Assembly: GCA_049599895.1 (NCBI GenBank)
Contig: JBMYPC010000028.1
Span: 1 to 28,152, forward strand
Length of the DNA stretch: 28,152 bases
Source: Bacteriovoracaceae bacterium
GTDB lineage: Bacteria; Bdellovibrionota; Bacteriovoracia; Bacteriovoracales; Bacteriovoracaceae
Direction: 5' to 3'
In this document: in pieces, positions 19,191 through 27,733 of the stretch
Layout: each line of letters starts with the position of its first letter
How positions within the stretch are numbered: the stretch's first letter is position 1
Translations under genes and position numbers: made by a program
Notes under the pieces: generated by a model
Database searches by the model: none
What the model was told of the DNA's origin: nothing
The model's input: the letters and a program-made list of their open reading frames with translations, nothing else

Positions 19191-19355
19191 ATGCAACTTC
19201 TTTTATGTTTGACATTTTTATTTCAAGCTGATGCCTTTGCTTGGGGACCAAACGGACATCGTATTATCGGTGAAATTGCCGAAAGAGCAACTAAAATAAA
19301 TGAAAACTCAAGTATAACATTGGTGTGGATTACCGCAAAAAGTTTTCTTACTTAG
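19191..19355 (+). pseudogene. Truncated S1/P1 nuclease gene (N-terminus only)
   Basis: Manual translation MQLLLCLTFLFQADAFA-WGPNGHRIIGEIAER shows a signal peptide plus the WGxxGH motif. Similarity ends where the direct repeat begins. Confidence 0.75.
19279..19310 (+). repeat. 32-bp direct repeat, copy 1
   Basis: ccgaaagagcaactaaaataaatgaaaactca; 31/32 identical to 20489-20520. Confidence 0.95.
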
Positions 19356-19525
19356 TAGTAAAAGAAGAAAGGTCGAGCGCAACTTGAAAATATTGATCTA
19401 CGCCCTTCTGATAGAGCGATAATTGATAGAGAATTAAACTTCATTGATTTTATTAATGTCTTTATTAAAGAAGTTGAAGAAGTTTGCTGCTTATATATGT
19501 TTAGTTCCATCAACTTATTCATCAG

Positions 19526-19900
19526 GTGGCACAACAGTTAATGGAAGAATCATCATTCAATCCTAAAGCCGATCCAAAAGTAGCTCACAGTAGTGCATAT
19601 GGACTCATGCAAATTGTCGATAAAACTAGCTACTCTCTAACAGGAAAAGGAAAGTCTAGTGTTACACAAGACTTTATAACCGTCTCAAGAAAAGAACTAG
19701 AAGATCCTGTTATAAATATTGGCGTTGGTATAAGGTGGCTCGTTGTTAAATACTTTAATGTATCACGCAAAAAAGGAAACAAAGTTCACAATATGATTAA
19801 AGCTTATTACGGGGGCAATAGTGATGCTGAAAATGAAGAATATTATCAAAAAATTCTTAAGCGTTATCATGATTCTGGTGGCAGGAAACTCGTACGCTAA
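19526..19900 (+). CDS. Lytic transglycosylase (SLT) domain, probably N-terminally truncated
   Basis: ESSFNPKA (catalytic Glu), AYGLMQI, DPVINIGVGIRWL and AYYGG motifs. GTG start with no clear RBS or signal peptide. Confidence 0.75.
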   Translation: MAQQLMEESSFNPKADPKVAHSSAYGLMQIVDKTSYSLTGKGKSSVTQDFITVSRKELEDPVINIGVGIRWLVVKYFNVSRKKGNKVHNMIKAYYGGNSDAENEEYYQKILKRYHDSGGRKLVR

Positions 19901-20360
19901 TAAATTTGAAGTTTACCTGCACACTATTGGAAAGAAAAGCCTCATCCTAAAAGATAATATTGAAGTTTCTATCGTTAACTTTGATGAACAATTACATGAT
20001 ACACATCGAAGCTGGAAGTCTAAACTCGTCGTAAAAAAAGATTCAAAAGTTATTTTTGAAAAGTACCCAATAATAACTGACTTTAAAGAGAGCTATAGTT
20101 ACTTTCTAGTTCCTATAAAAAAATCTAAATATGCCCTTGATCTAAACAGTGACAACTTTCCAGAATTTGCTATCGCTGTAGATCATGGAGGGAATGCTCC
20201 ATCTACTTCAGCAGTCGTGTACTCAGTTAAAAATGACACCGTATCAATTTATAAAAAAGCTTGGTACCAACAAGAAAATGGACAAGAGGTTATCTGGGAT
20301 TACGCTAATGCTCCCAGGAAATGTTACTACACCTCACAAAATAAATGTGAGTACCTATAA
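19833..20360 (+). CDS. Exported hypothetical protein overlapping the SLT gene (candidate inhibitor or immunity protein)
   Basis: Signal peptide MKNIIKKFLSVIMILVAGNSYA. DLNSDNFPE Ca-blade-like motif. C-terminal Cys pair. Confidence 0.65.
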   Translation: MKNIIKKFLSVIMILVAGNSYANKFEVYLHTIGKKSLILKDNIEVSIVNFDEQLHDTHRSWKSKLVVKKDSKVIFEKYPIITDFKESYSYFLVPIKKSKYALDLNSDNFPEFAIAVDHGGNAPSTSAVVYSVKNDTVSIYKKAWYQQENGQEVIWDYANAPRKCYYTSQNKCEYL

Positions 20361-20606
20361 GGTAGACTGTCCGTTCTTTAAAACAATATCAAAAATATAA
20401 TTTGATAAGACAAAATAAATTTTAAAAAGACTTCCTTTTAATATCAACTGTGTCCTCTTCCAAAAAATCATCCCTAGAATTGATACAACCGAAAGAGCAA
20501 CTAAAATAAATGAAAATTCATCATGCTGATGAAGCAACGGTCGAAGCTCTCTTGTAACAAAGACTGCAAACACAAAAAGGAAAAGATAAGAAATCGTTTT
20601 TTTCAT
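20355..20606 (-). CDS. Small membrane protein or fragment
   Basis: MKKTISYLFLFVFAVFV... with two hydrophobic segments. Contains repeat copy 2. Confidence 0.45.
   Translation of the reverse strand: MKKTISYLFLFVFAVFVTRELRPLLHQHDEFSFILVALSVVSILGMIFWKRTQLILKGSLFKIYFVLSNYIFDIVLKNGQSTL
20489..20520 (+). repeat. 32-bp direct repeat, copy 2
   Basis: ccgaaagagcaactaaaataaatgaaaattca, 1210 bp after copy 1. Confidence 0.95.
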
Positions 20607-21000
20607 TAAGCAAGCTCTCTCTTTATCATCAAACAATTCTCAATTAAAGAATTTAAATAATTTACGACATCATAAAACCTAGCGAATCATTAACAAATAT
20701 GGTTTCTAATTTAAGATAATCTCTTCCAGCCTCTGTACTATCGCTTAGTAAAAGGCCTATCAGAATGAATGCCGTCAGGTCTTTAGACCTCATATTTTCA
20801 CCAATCCTCATAACCGAGAGGCAATATCAAGTTCTTATAAATTATTATCAATTTTACCAAAGAAATAGTAATATCTCGATTGGAATAAACCATTCTGTTA
20901 CGAAAGAAAGGAATCCTTTATTTCTGAGAAAGAGGCTCTACTTTCACAAATTAAGCTTTTTAAAAAGCTTACAGAAATCATGTGTAACAAAGGAAAATAA

Positions 21001-21330
21001 ATGGTCGATTTAACAGTAGAAAAAACAAATGAAATTTTAAGCAGCGTATTCGACAAAGGCATTACAGACCTTCACCTAACATTTTTTAATGAGCAGTACT
21101 ATCTCCATCAGCTTGAAAACAACACATATGGGAAATCAGAGCTTGTAACGAGAGATGATGTTACAACATTCTTTCAGGGTGTAAAAACTCTCTTCAAGCT
21201 TGATGACACAAAAACGACGATTCATGACTCTAAGTACATTTTTAAGCATAATGATGCAGATAAAGTTGTCCTTGGTTTCTTCCTTCCAATTCAAGGAGGT
21301 CACAGAATCGAACTCAGAATTCTGTCATAA
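21001..21330 (+). CDS. Hypothetical protein resembling a standalone N-terminal (N2) domain of GspE/PilB ATPases
   Basis: RBS AAGGA. GITDLHL ~ ASDIHI, IHDSKY ~ PQDGRF, LPIQGGHRIELRIL ~ LPT..GE.VVLRIL. Confidence 0.55.
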   Translation: MVDLTVEKTNEILSSVFDKGITDLHLTFFNEQYYLHQLENNTYGKSELVTRDDVTTFFQGVKTLFKLDDTKTTIHDSKYIFKHNDADKVVLGFFLPIQGGHRIELRILS

Positions 21331-21743
21331 GTGAATCGAAGAGATTTTGTATTTAAATCAATTTTGGGATCTTCCTTGCTTTACAGTTGCAAGGACATTT
21401 CACTTTTATTTTCAAATCAAGATAAAACAAAGGGAATAATCCTAACTTCAAAGATTGTTCCCATCAATCAAGCCAACAATTTTCAGTCCGATGTCTCTAC
21501 ATTCGACATTCAAACTCGAAAGTATGAGACCGTAATCCCCTAATTGGGTTTGTTTTTCACAGTTTCAACAAGATTAATCAAACTCAATACCTCTTACTCG
21601 AAAAATGGGGAGAAAATGCTTGTATTGTTGATCTGCAAAAAAGAATGATAAAGAGTATATACTCAATTACAGATGAAGAAATGTCGACTGCAAAGGACAA
21701 ATTGAACTTAAAAGAGTTAGACCAAATAAAATTTTTTTCATGA
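21331..21743 (+). pseudogene. Tat-signal lipoprotein remnant, DUF1513-like, frameshifted and truncated
   Basis: MNRRDFVFKSILGSSLLYSC. After the stop at 21543 a shifted frame continues FHSFNKINQTQYLLLEKWGENACIVDL. The family assignment is tentative. Confidence 0.5.
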
Positions 21744-21774
21744 ATTCTCCCAACCGTTTTAATAAAACAACTGC

Positions 21775-21969
21775 TTGAGGCATACCTTCGCATCGCAGTT
21801 TATGGTCAACGGTGCTAAGGTCTTTGATCTTCAGCAACTACTTGGTCATTCAGACATTAAAATGACGATGAAATATGCTCATCACTCACCTGATCACCCA
21901 CAAGATTCAATCAAATTCATGGGAATTAACAACGTCGCTAAAAGTGAAAATGTTTTAACCCTTTTCTAA
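21775..21969 (+). pseudogene. Tyrosine recombinase/integrase C-terminal fragment
   Basis: LRHTFAS, LLGHSDIKMT and KYAH (catalytic R, H and Y). The N-terminus is missing. Lies next to a tRNA 3' end. Confidence 0.88.
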
Positions 21970-22066
21970 CCCCAAAATGAGTTTCAGAAAGTGCAAAGAC
22001 TCATAAGGAGAGAATTAAAAGTTATAAGCCACTGAAAGCTTTAAAGAATGATTGAGTTTTGGGCAT

Positions 22067-22098
22067 AAAAAAAGCCCTTCAAAAGAAGAGCTTTTTTT
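22067..22098. terminator. Intrinsic terminator downstream of the tRNA, possibly bidirectional
   Basis: aaaaaaagcccttc-aaaa-gaagagcttttttt: a stem-loop with A and T tracts on both sides. Confidence 0.75.
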
Positions 22099-22100
22099 CG

Positions 22101-22184
22101 TGGTGCCCAGGAGAGGACTCGAACCTCCACGCCAAAGGCACTAGATCCTAAGTCTAGCGTGTCTACCAATTTCACCACCTGGGC
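22101..22184 (-). tRNA. tRNA-Leu (anticodon TAG)
   Basis: GCCCAGGTGGTGAAATTGGTAGACACG-CTAGA-CTTAGGA-TCTAG, long variable arm, GGTTCGAGTCC and terminal CCA. Confidence 0.97.
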
Positions 22185-22214
22185 ATAATTTTAAGCACCT
22201 TAAAACGAATGTTA

Positions 22215-22243
22215 GTTATAATGAGGTTGCTGTTTTTTGACAA
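22215..22243 (-). promoter_or_regulatory. Sigma70 promoter of tRNA-Leu
   Basis: The minus strand reads TTGTCA-N17-TATAAC. Confidence 0.75.
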
Positions 22244-22271
22244 GAAAAAAACTTGCCCAGAGCTTTTAAAA

Positions 22272-24626
22272 TTACGCTGCTTTTCGCTGTAACTGCCTGA
22301 TTTTATTCTTTAATACCTGAATTTCATTTTTCTGCTTAGTGAGAACAGATTTTTTATCGAGTAGCTCCATTGAGACCTTATTTACTTGGGCTTGGGACTT
22401 TTGGTATAAGGTTTCAAGCTGCTTGGCCTTTCTCTCCATTGCCTGAGCCTGTTTCCCTCCACCTGCTTTTCCAGATCCTGCTTTTCCAGATCCTGCTTTG
22501 AGTTTCTTAAGAGTTTCAACTTGTTTTGCAAGCTGCTTGTTCTGGACTTCAAGCTTTTTCATATTTATCTTCTGAGCTTTAAGGTCATCTGTTGCTCTCT
22601 TTAAATCTTTTCTAAGATCGCCCGCTTTATCTCCAGCCCCAGAGCTGTTTGTTCTTTTTAATTTAATGAGCTCGTCTTTTAGCTTCAACTTCTCAGTATT
22701 GAAGTTTCTCTCCATCATATTGATCTTAGTCTCATAAGACTTTCTCTCTTTAAGAGCTTTTTGTTTCTCTTTATCAAGGAGAGACTTATCAATTTTATTT
22801 TTATCAGCGATTGCGCCACTGGCACCCTTTTTTTGTTTCCCTCCACCAAATGCACCTTTTTTCTTTTGTGCAAGAAGAACATCGAGTCTTTGCTGTGTCG
22901 TTTTAAGTTGGCCTTCAAGGTCCTTCACTTTCTTTTTAAGAACTTTCGGATCATCCTCTCCTTGCTCCGAAACATGATTAACAAAACCAGCGTGCTTCTT
23001 ACCGATTTGTCTTTTAAGATTTTCAAGTTCAGTGGAAAGCTTTTTATTTTTTTCTATAAGCTCTTTGTTCTCTGATTCCTTTTCAAATTCATTATTCACG
23101 GCTTGAACATCAAGAACCTGAGTTTGAAGTTCATGATACTTTTCTTTGAGTTCATCGATTTCAGTTTCATCGGCGAGATAAGCGCTGGACTCATCTTGAA
23201 AGAGGTCTCTAAAGTTCTTAATGGCTATAATATTGATTCCATTTTCAATGAATTTCTTAGAAAATGTTAGAGCATTCTCAAGAGGAATCCCCCATTCTTT
23301 CATTAAAACACCCATAATAAGCTTCTGGGTTTTATCAGGGCTTTCTTTCTTTGAATAAACAACTTGAATCTTCTTCGCAATTTCCCCTAATTTCTCAGGA
23401 TTAAAGGACTCTGACTTTTTCTCTTGATCATCCCATAAGTCTAGAACCAAAAGACTTTCAAGACATCGCATGATTTCGTTTTCAACCGCGTGAGGTTCTG
23501 ACTGAGCTTTAAATACTGCATCTTTAAATAGCGACTTAAGCTCTTCGTTTTTATGGGCGTGATGGGCAAAGGCCAATTCATCACCTTCAATATGAGGGAG
23601 TTCATGCTCCTCAATAAAAGCTTCAAAGTTAATCATGGCATCAAGTTCAACATCTTGTCCTTTTTCAAGAATTTGTTTAATACCGATTGCATTAATAACC
23701 TTAAACCAACGACCTTTCGTTTCATCTACAAAGAACTTACCTGGAAGGTAAATCCCTTCAGAGTCAGAATTAAATTGATAATCTAAAACAATCTGGCTTG
23801 CGAGAATTTCTGAGCCATAGAACTTATACTTAAACTCTTCAAAAATCTTATATCCAAATGAAGAGTCTCGACCATTATCAAGCCATACACCAGTAAAGAC
23901 AAGTTTGTTCGGTCTTCTTAATGTGTAAACATCAAAAAGGTTTGTGCACTTAATACAGTGTCGGATTAATCCACCATATTTTTGATCATCATAACTTCTA
24001 TCAAGACCTCGCAAAAGAGTTTCTTTATCAAACTGCCTTAGTGGACAATGCACTTGAATGATAAAAGCCCCTTCAACTAGACAAAGATCCACATCAATCG
24101 GCATTTTGATATTTTCACCTTGTTGAAGATAAGTGAGAAACGTAAAGAGCGATGTTAGGTATGAACGAATATTCAGTATGTCTTTTTCATTCTCTGCTGC
24201 AAAGTTAAAAGCAATATCTGAATAATGGCCAGTATAAAGAGGACTTGTAACCTTGAAACTTTTTAGATCTTCAACTGAATCCGCAAATAATTTCTCAAGT
24301 TGAAGACTTGAGTCGTCTCCAACTGCGCGAGAGATTAAAACTCTCCCTGCTTGAGATCGAAAGACTTCTTTTGAATAAAGTTTTAAATCCGTCTTTACAC
24401 AATGAGCACCGTCGAGGACTCCAATGTGATCAAGAACTCCAATTGAGTCTTCTTTAAGGTCTCCTAGTTCTTCAATCGCCTTAAAGTTTTCCGCAAAAAC
24501 GATGAGAGACTCTTCTTCACCAAGAGCTTCAACATTTTCGATCGTCTCCATTTCGAGTAGTTCTAACCACTCACTCATTTGAGAGTCTTCAGAAGTTAAA
24601 AATAGAGCTTTATAAACTCTCTTCAT
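22272..24626 (-). CDS. Hypothetical protein with a globular N-terminus and a long Lys-rich coiled-coil C-terminus
   Basis: 784-aa ORF whose last ~300 aa are heptad-rich. The start overlaps the stop of the upstream gene. Confidence 0.8.
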   Translation of the reverse strand: MKRVYKALFLTSEDSQMSEWLELLEMETIENVEALGEEESLIVFAENFKAIEELGDLKEDSIGVLDHIGVLDGAHCVKTDLKLYSKEVFRSQAGRVLISRAVGDDSSLQLEKLFADSVEDLKSFKVTSPLYTGHYSDIAFNFAAENEKDILNIRSYLTSLFTFLTYLQQGENIKMPIDVDLCLVEGAFIIQVHCPLRQFDKETLLRGLDRSYDDQKYGGLIRHCIKCTNLFDVYTLRRPNKLVFTGVWLDNGRDSSFGYKIFEEFKYKFYGSEILASQIVLDYQFNSDSEGIYLPGKFFVDETKGRWFKVINAIGIKQILEKGQDVELDAMINFEAFIEEHELPHIEGDELAFAHHAHKNEELKSLFKDAVFKAQSEPHAVENEIMRCLESLLVLDLWDDQEKKSESFNPEKLGEIAKKIQVVYSKKESPDKTQKLIMGVLMKEWGIPLENALTFSKKFIENGINIIAIKNFRDLFQDESSAYLADETEIDELKEKYHELQTQVLDVQAVNNEFEKESENKELIEKNKKLSTELENLKRQIGKKHAGFVNHVSEQGEDDPKVLKKKVKDLEGQLKTTQQRLDVLLAQKKKGAFGGGKQKKGASGAIADKNKIDKSLLDKEKQKALKERKSYETKINMMERNFNTEKLKLKDELIKLKRTNSSGAGDKAGDLRKDLKRATDDLKAQKINMKKLEVQNKQLAKQVETLKKLKAGSGKAGSGKAGGGKQAQAMERKAKQLETLYQKSQAQVNKVSMELLDKKSVLTKQKNEIQVLKNKIRQLQRKAA
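22462..22499 (+). repeat. 15-bp tandem repeat (~2.5 copies) encoding a KAGSG linker
   Basis: cctgcttttccagat x2 plus cctgcttt. Confidence 0.85.
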
Positions 24627-25633
24627 TAAGCAATCATCTCCAGATAACTCTTATCAATCGCAACAATCGATTCAATTTTCTTCGCAACAACAGTCTTGAC
24701 TCTGTAAAGAGCATCGCCTTCACCTTGTGACTTAAAAAGAATCCAAAGAAGTTTATTTCCATCAAAGCGAGAAAATTTCACTTCTTTAAAGTCCATATGT
24801 GACTGAAGGTAAAAAAATAAGGCCTCCAGATCATTACAAGCATCTTCACAATAAATCGACTCATGAGAATCAAGATGTCTTAAAACAAACTTCGAACAAT
24901 CTAATACTGATTCATTTTCAAATAAAAACTTAAACTCTTCGATGACCTCATACTCTGGAACATCTCTTGAGGCATCATCTCCCCAGTTTGTATCTCGAAC
25001 TCTTTTTTGCTCCAGTTTTTCAAGAAGGTCATATTTATTATTTTTCACTGCAATCTCAAACACGCTCAAAAAGTTGAGATTATAAAATTCACGTAGAAGT
25101 TCAAAGTCTGTATAACCAAGTGTCATTGCACTCACAACAGAAAGTCCTGCAACCTTGAGGGCCCTTCTAAAAAGTTCAGTGTGAATTTCATAAAATGCTT
25201 TATAACTTTCAAACTCCTCAAATCGAAAAACATTAAATGCAGGAACACAAAGACTTAAAAGCGCTGCCTCTTCATTTGTTTCCCAATACTGCTCCTTTGT
25301 CCAAATCACAGCATTAATCATTGATTCAATTCGACTCTTCTCTGTTCTTGAAACACTAAAAGCTTTTAAGAGATTTTCAAAATCTAAAACAGCACTAATA
25401 GAACAAGTCCATTCCATATAAAAATTATGAGACTCATTAAATTTTTCAAAAAATTTATGATTCACAATATCCCCAGGCCTTAACAATAAAACCTTTCCTT
25501 CTGATTTTTGTTTTAACCAATACAGGTAGCCGTAAGAAATATTCATCTCTTCAATTTGAGCTAAGCTAAAATTTTTTTTCACTTCTGGTGTGTCAGAAAT
25601 GTCATTTTCACCATGAATTTTTTCTTCAAACAT
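24626..25633 (-). CDS. Hypothetical protein, possibly a degenerate HD-GYP-like fold
   Basis: 335-aa ORF with RBS AGGAG. The helix RRALKVAGLSVVSAMTLGY resembles the pre-HD region, but no HD dyad is present. Confidence 0.6.
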   Translation of the reverse strand: MFEEKIHGENDISDTPEVKKNFSLAQIEEMNISYGYLYWLKQKSEGKVLLLRPGDIVNHKFFEKFNESHNFYMEWTCSISAVLDFENLLKAFSVSRTEKSRIESMINAVIWTKEQYWETNEEAALLSLCVPAFNVFRFEEFESYKAFYEIHTELFRRALKVAGLSVVSAMTLGYTDFELLREFYNLNFLSVFEIAVKNNKYDLLEKLEQKRVRDTNWGDDASRDVPEYEVIEEFKFLFENESVLDCSKFVLRHLDSHESIYCEDACNDLEALFFYLQSHMDFKEVKFSRFDGNKLLWILFKSQGEGDALYRVKTVVAKKIESIVAIDKSYLEMIA

Positions 25634-25650
25634 GACGGCTCCTAGATCTC

Positions 25651-25677
25651 TTATCGACCGATTAGGAGCGGAATTTG
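25651..25677 (-). promoter_or_regulatory. Sigma28-type promoter
   Basis: The minus strand reads CAAA-N15-GTCGATAA, ending 17 nt upstream of the ATG at 25633. Confidence 0.6.
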
Positions 25678-25720
25678 AAGATTTCTTTGAATTTATACTG
25701 GAGTAAAACCCTTGTGAAAC

Positions 25721-26698
25721 TTAATTCGAAATAGGGTTAAAACAACGATACGCGTGCGAATTACTTTGCTCAGTTAATTCAGGATATTTTGCCTTACACT
25801 CATCAGTTGCCTTCCAACATCTTGGATGAAAATGGCATCCAGAAGGTGGATTCATAGGACTTGGAATGTCACCCTCAAGGATAATCCTCTCTTTTTTCGC
25901 ATCCGGTGATGGATGAGGAATAGCAGAGAATAGTGCTTGGGTATAAGGATGATGACAATGACCATAAAGCTCAGATGCTTCAGCAAGCTCAACAACGTTA
26001 CCAAGATACATCACGGCCACTTTAGTTGAGATATATTCTACGACTTTAAGATCGTGAGCAATAAAAAGATAAGTAAGGCCTAAATCTTTTTGAAGATCCA
26101 TTAAAAGGTTTACCACCTGAGCCTGAACAGAAACATCGAGAGCTGAAACAGGCTCATCACAAACAATAAATTCAGGCTGAACCGCTAATGCTCTAGCAAT
26201 ACAAACCCTTTGTCTTTGCCCACCAGAAAACTCATGAGGGTATTTGTTAAGAGTGTCTTTTGGTAACTGAACTTGATCAAGAAGTTCATAAAGTCTTTTT
26301 TGTCTCGCTTCTTTTCCAAGAGCAAGTTTATGAATGTCCATTGGCTCTGAAAGAATATTTCCAATCGTCATCCTCGGATTAAGAGAGGCATACGGATCTT
26401 GAAAGATAATTTGCATCTTTCTTCTCATCTCTCTCATTCGTGCAGCATCGTAATCAACAATGTTTTCCCCGTTAAACTTCACTTCACCAGAAGTCGGTTC
26501 AATCAGCCTTAAAAGACATCTCCCAAGAGTTGTCTTTCCACACCCTGACTCTCCAACAAGTCCAAGAGTTTCACCTTTATTAATTTTGAAACTAACGTTA
26601 TTGACAGCCTTAACTGCACCGATCTCTTTACCAAAGATTCCACCTTTAATTGGAAATCTCTTTGTTAGATTATTAACCTCTAATAAAACTTCACTCAT
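25721..26698 (-). CDS. oppF: Oligo/dipeptide ABC transporter ATP-binding subunit (OppF/DppF)
   Basis: GESGCGKT, FSGGQRQR, CDEPVSALD and the C-terminal GCHFHPRC domain. Confidence 0.93.
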   Translation of the reverse strand: MSEVLLEVNNLTKRFPIKGGIFGKEIGAVKAVNNVSFKINKGETLGLVGESGCGKTTLGRCLLRLIEPTSGEVKFNGENIVDYDAARMREMRRKMQIIFQDPYASLNPRMTIGNILSEPMDIHKLALGKEARQKRLYELLDQVQLPKDTLNKYPHEFSGGQRQRVCIARALAVQPEFIVCDEPVSALDVSVQAQVVNLLMDLQKDLGLTYLFIAHDLKVVEYISTKVAVMYLGNVVELAEASELYGHCHHPYTQALFSAIPHPSPDAKKERIILEGDIPSPMNPPSGCHFHPRCWKATDECKAKYPELTEQSNSHAYRCFNPISN

Positions 26699-26716
26699 GG
26701 CTTTTTCCTAAAATTA

Positions 26717-27703
26717 TTATGGTAACGGGCTAAAACATCTTACTTGATGATGATCTGAAATAAGATCAAGAGTTGGCCCTGCCCCACGACATTTATCACT
26801 TACGTACTGACAACGATCTTGAAAGTTACATCCCTTAGGAAGTTCAAAGAGAGATGGAACCATCCCATCAATCGTTTGAAGTCTTTCTTTACTTCCTACA
26901 GCAGTTGAATCAAACGATGGGATCGACTCGATAAGACCTTTGGTATAAGGATGTTGTGGATGCTTGAATAGCGAGTTCACGTCTGCTGATTCAACAATTT
27001 GACCACAATACATAACGGCGACATCGTCACAGGTCTCAGCAACAACACCAAGATCGTGGGTAATCATGATAATTCCCATTCCAATTTCCTCTTGAAGCTT
27101 TTTCATAAGCTCTAGAATCTGAGCTTGAATCGTCACATCAAGGGCGGTTGTCGGCTCATCAGCAATAAGAATATCTGGCTTACAAGAAAGCGCAATCGCA
27201 ATCATAACCCTTTGTCTCATCCCCCCCGAAAGTTGATGAGGATATTCTTTTACTCTTTTCTCTGGTGCAGGAATCCCGACAAGAGAAAGCATTTCAATTG
27301 CTTTATTTTTTCGATCTTCTTTTGAAAGTTCCGTTTGGTGAAGAGCAAGAACTTCTTCAATTTGATTTCCAACTGTAAAAACAGGATTCAGAGACGTCAT
27401 GGGCTCTTGGAAGATCATCGCAATCTTATTTCCACGAATCCTTCTCATCTCATCCATTGGAACATCAAGAAGGTTTTCCCCTTTAAACTTGATTGTCCCT
27501 CCAGCAATATTTCCAGGAGGATTAGGAATTAATCTCATAACAGAAAGTGCTGAAACAGACTTTCCAGATCCAGACTCACCAACGATCCCCAAAGTCTTTC
27601 CTTTAAAGACATCGAAGTTCACGCCATTAACGGCAGTGATGATCCCTCTATCTGTTCTAAATTTAACAACGAGATCTCTTACTTCTAAAATTTTCTCAGA
27701 CAT
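26717..27703 (-). CDS. oppD: Oligo/dipeptide ABC transporter ATP-binding subunit (OppD/DppD)
   Basis: [25 protein letters not shown] and HPYT motifs. Confidence 0.93.
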   Translation of the reverse strand: MSEKILEVRDLVVKFRTDRGIITAVNGVNFDVFKGKTLGIVGESGSGKSVSALSVMRLIPNPPGNIAGGTIKFKGENLLDVPMDEMRRIRGNKIAMIFQEPMTSLNPVFTVGNQIEEVLALHQTELSKEDRKNKAIEMLSLVGIPAPEKRVKEYPHQLSGGMRQRVMIAIALSCKPDILIADEPTTALDVTIQAQILELMKKLQEEIGMGIIMITHDLGVVAETCDDVAVMYCGQIVESADVNSLFKHPQHPYTKGLIESIPSFDSTAVGSKERLQTIDGMVPSLFELPKGCNFQDRCQYVSDKCRGAGPTLDLISDHHQVRCFSPLP

Positions 27704-27733
27704 GTCTCTACTTTCCTAATTCTTTTGTTTAAC

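Larger units (their letters stand above)
19279..22066. mobile_element. Decayed genomic island or prophage remnant at tRNA-Leu
   Basis: Integrase fragment beside the tRNA, a run of gene fragments and a direct repeat. Boundaries are approximate and no att duplicate was found. Confidence 0.6.

Noticed and set aside
19279..20520. CRISPR array
   Set aside because: Only two repeat copies, 1210 bp apart, and no cas genes.
20765..21013. 82-aa ORF
   Set aside because: AT-rich, no motif, and overlaps the promoter region of the next gene.
19190..22100. attL/attR duplication of the tRNA 3' end
   Set aside because: No second copy of tggtgcccaggagagg was found by eye. The 9-bp tgggcataa match (22060 and 22180) is too short to support.
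1101..27719. Numerous short antisense or alternate-frame ORFs within long genes
   Set aside because: They are shadow ORFs of well-supported CDSs.
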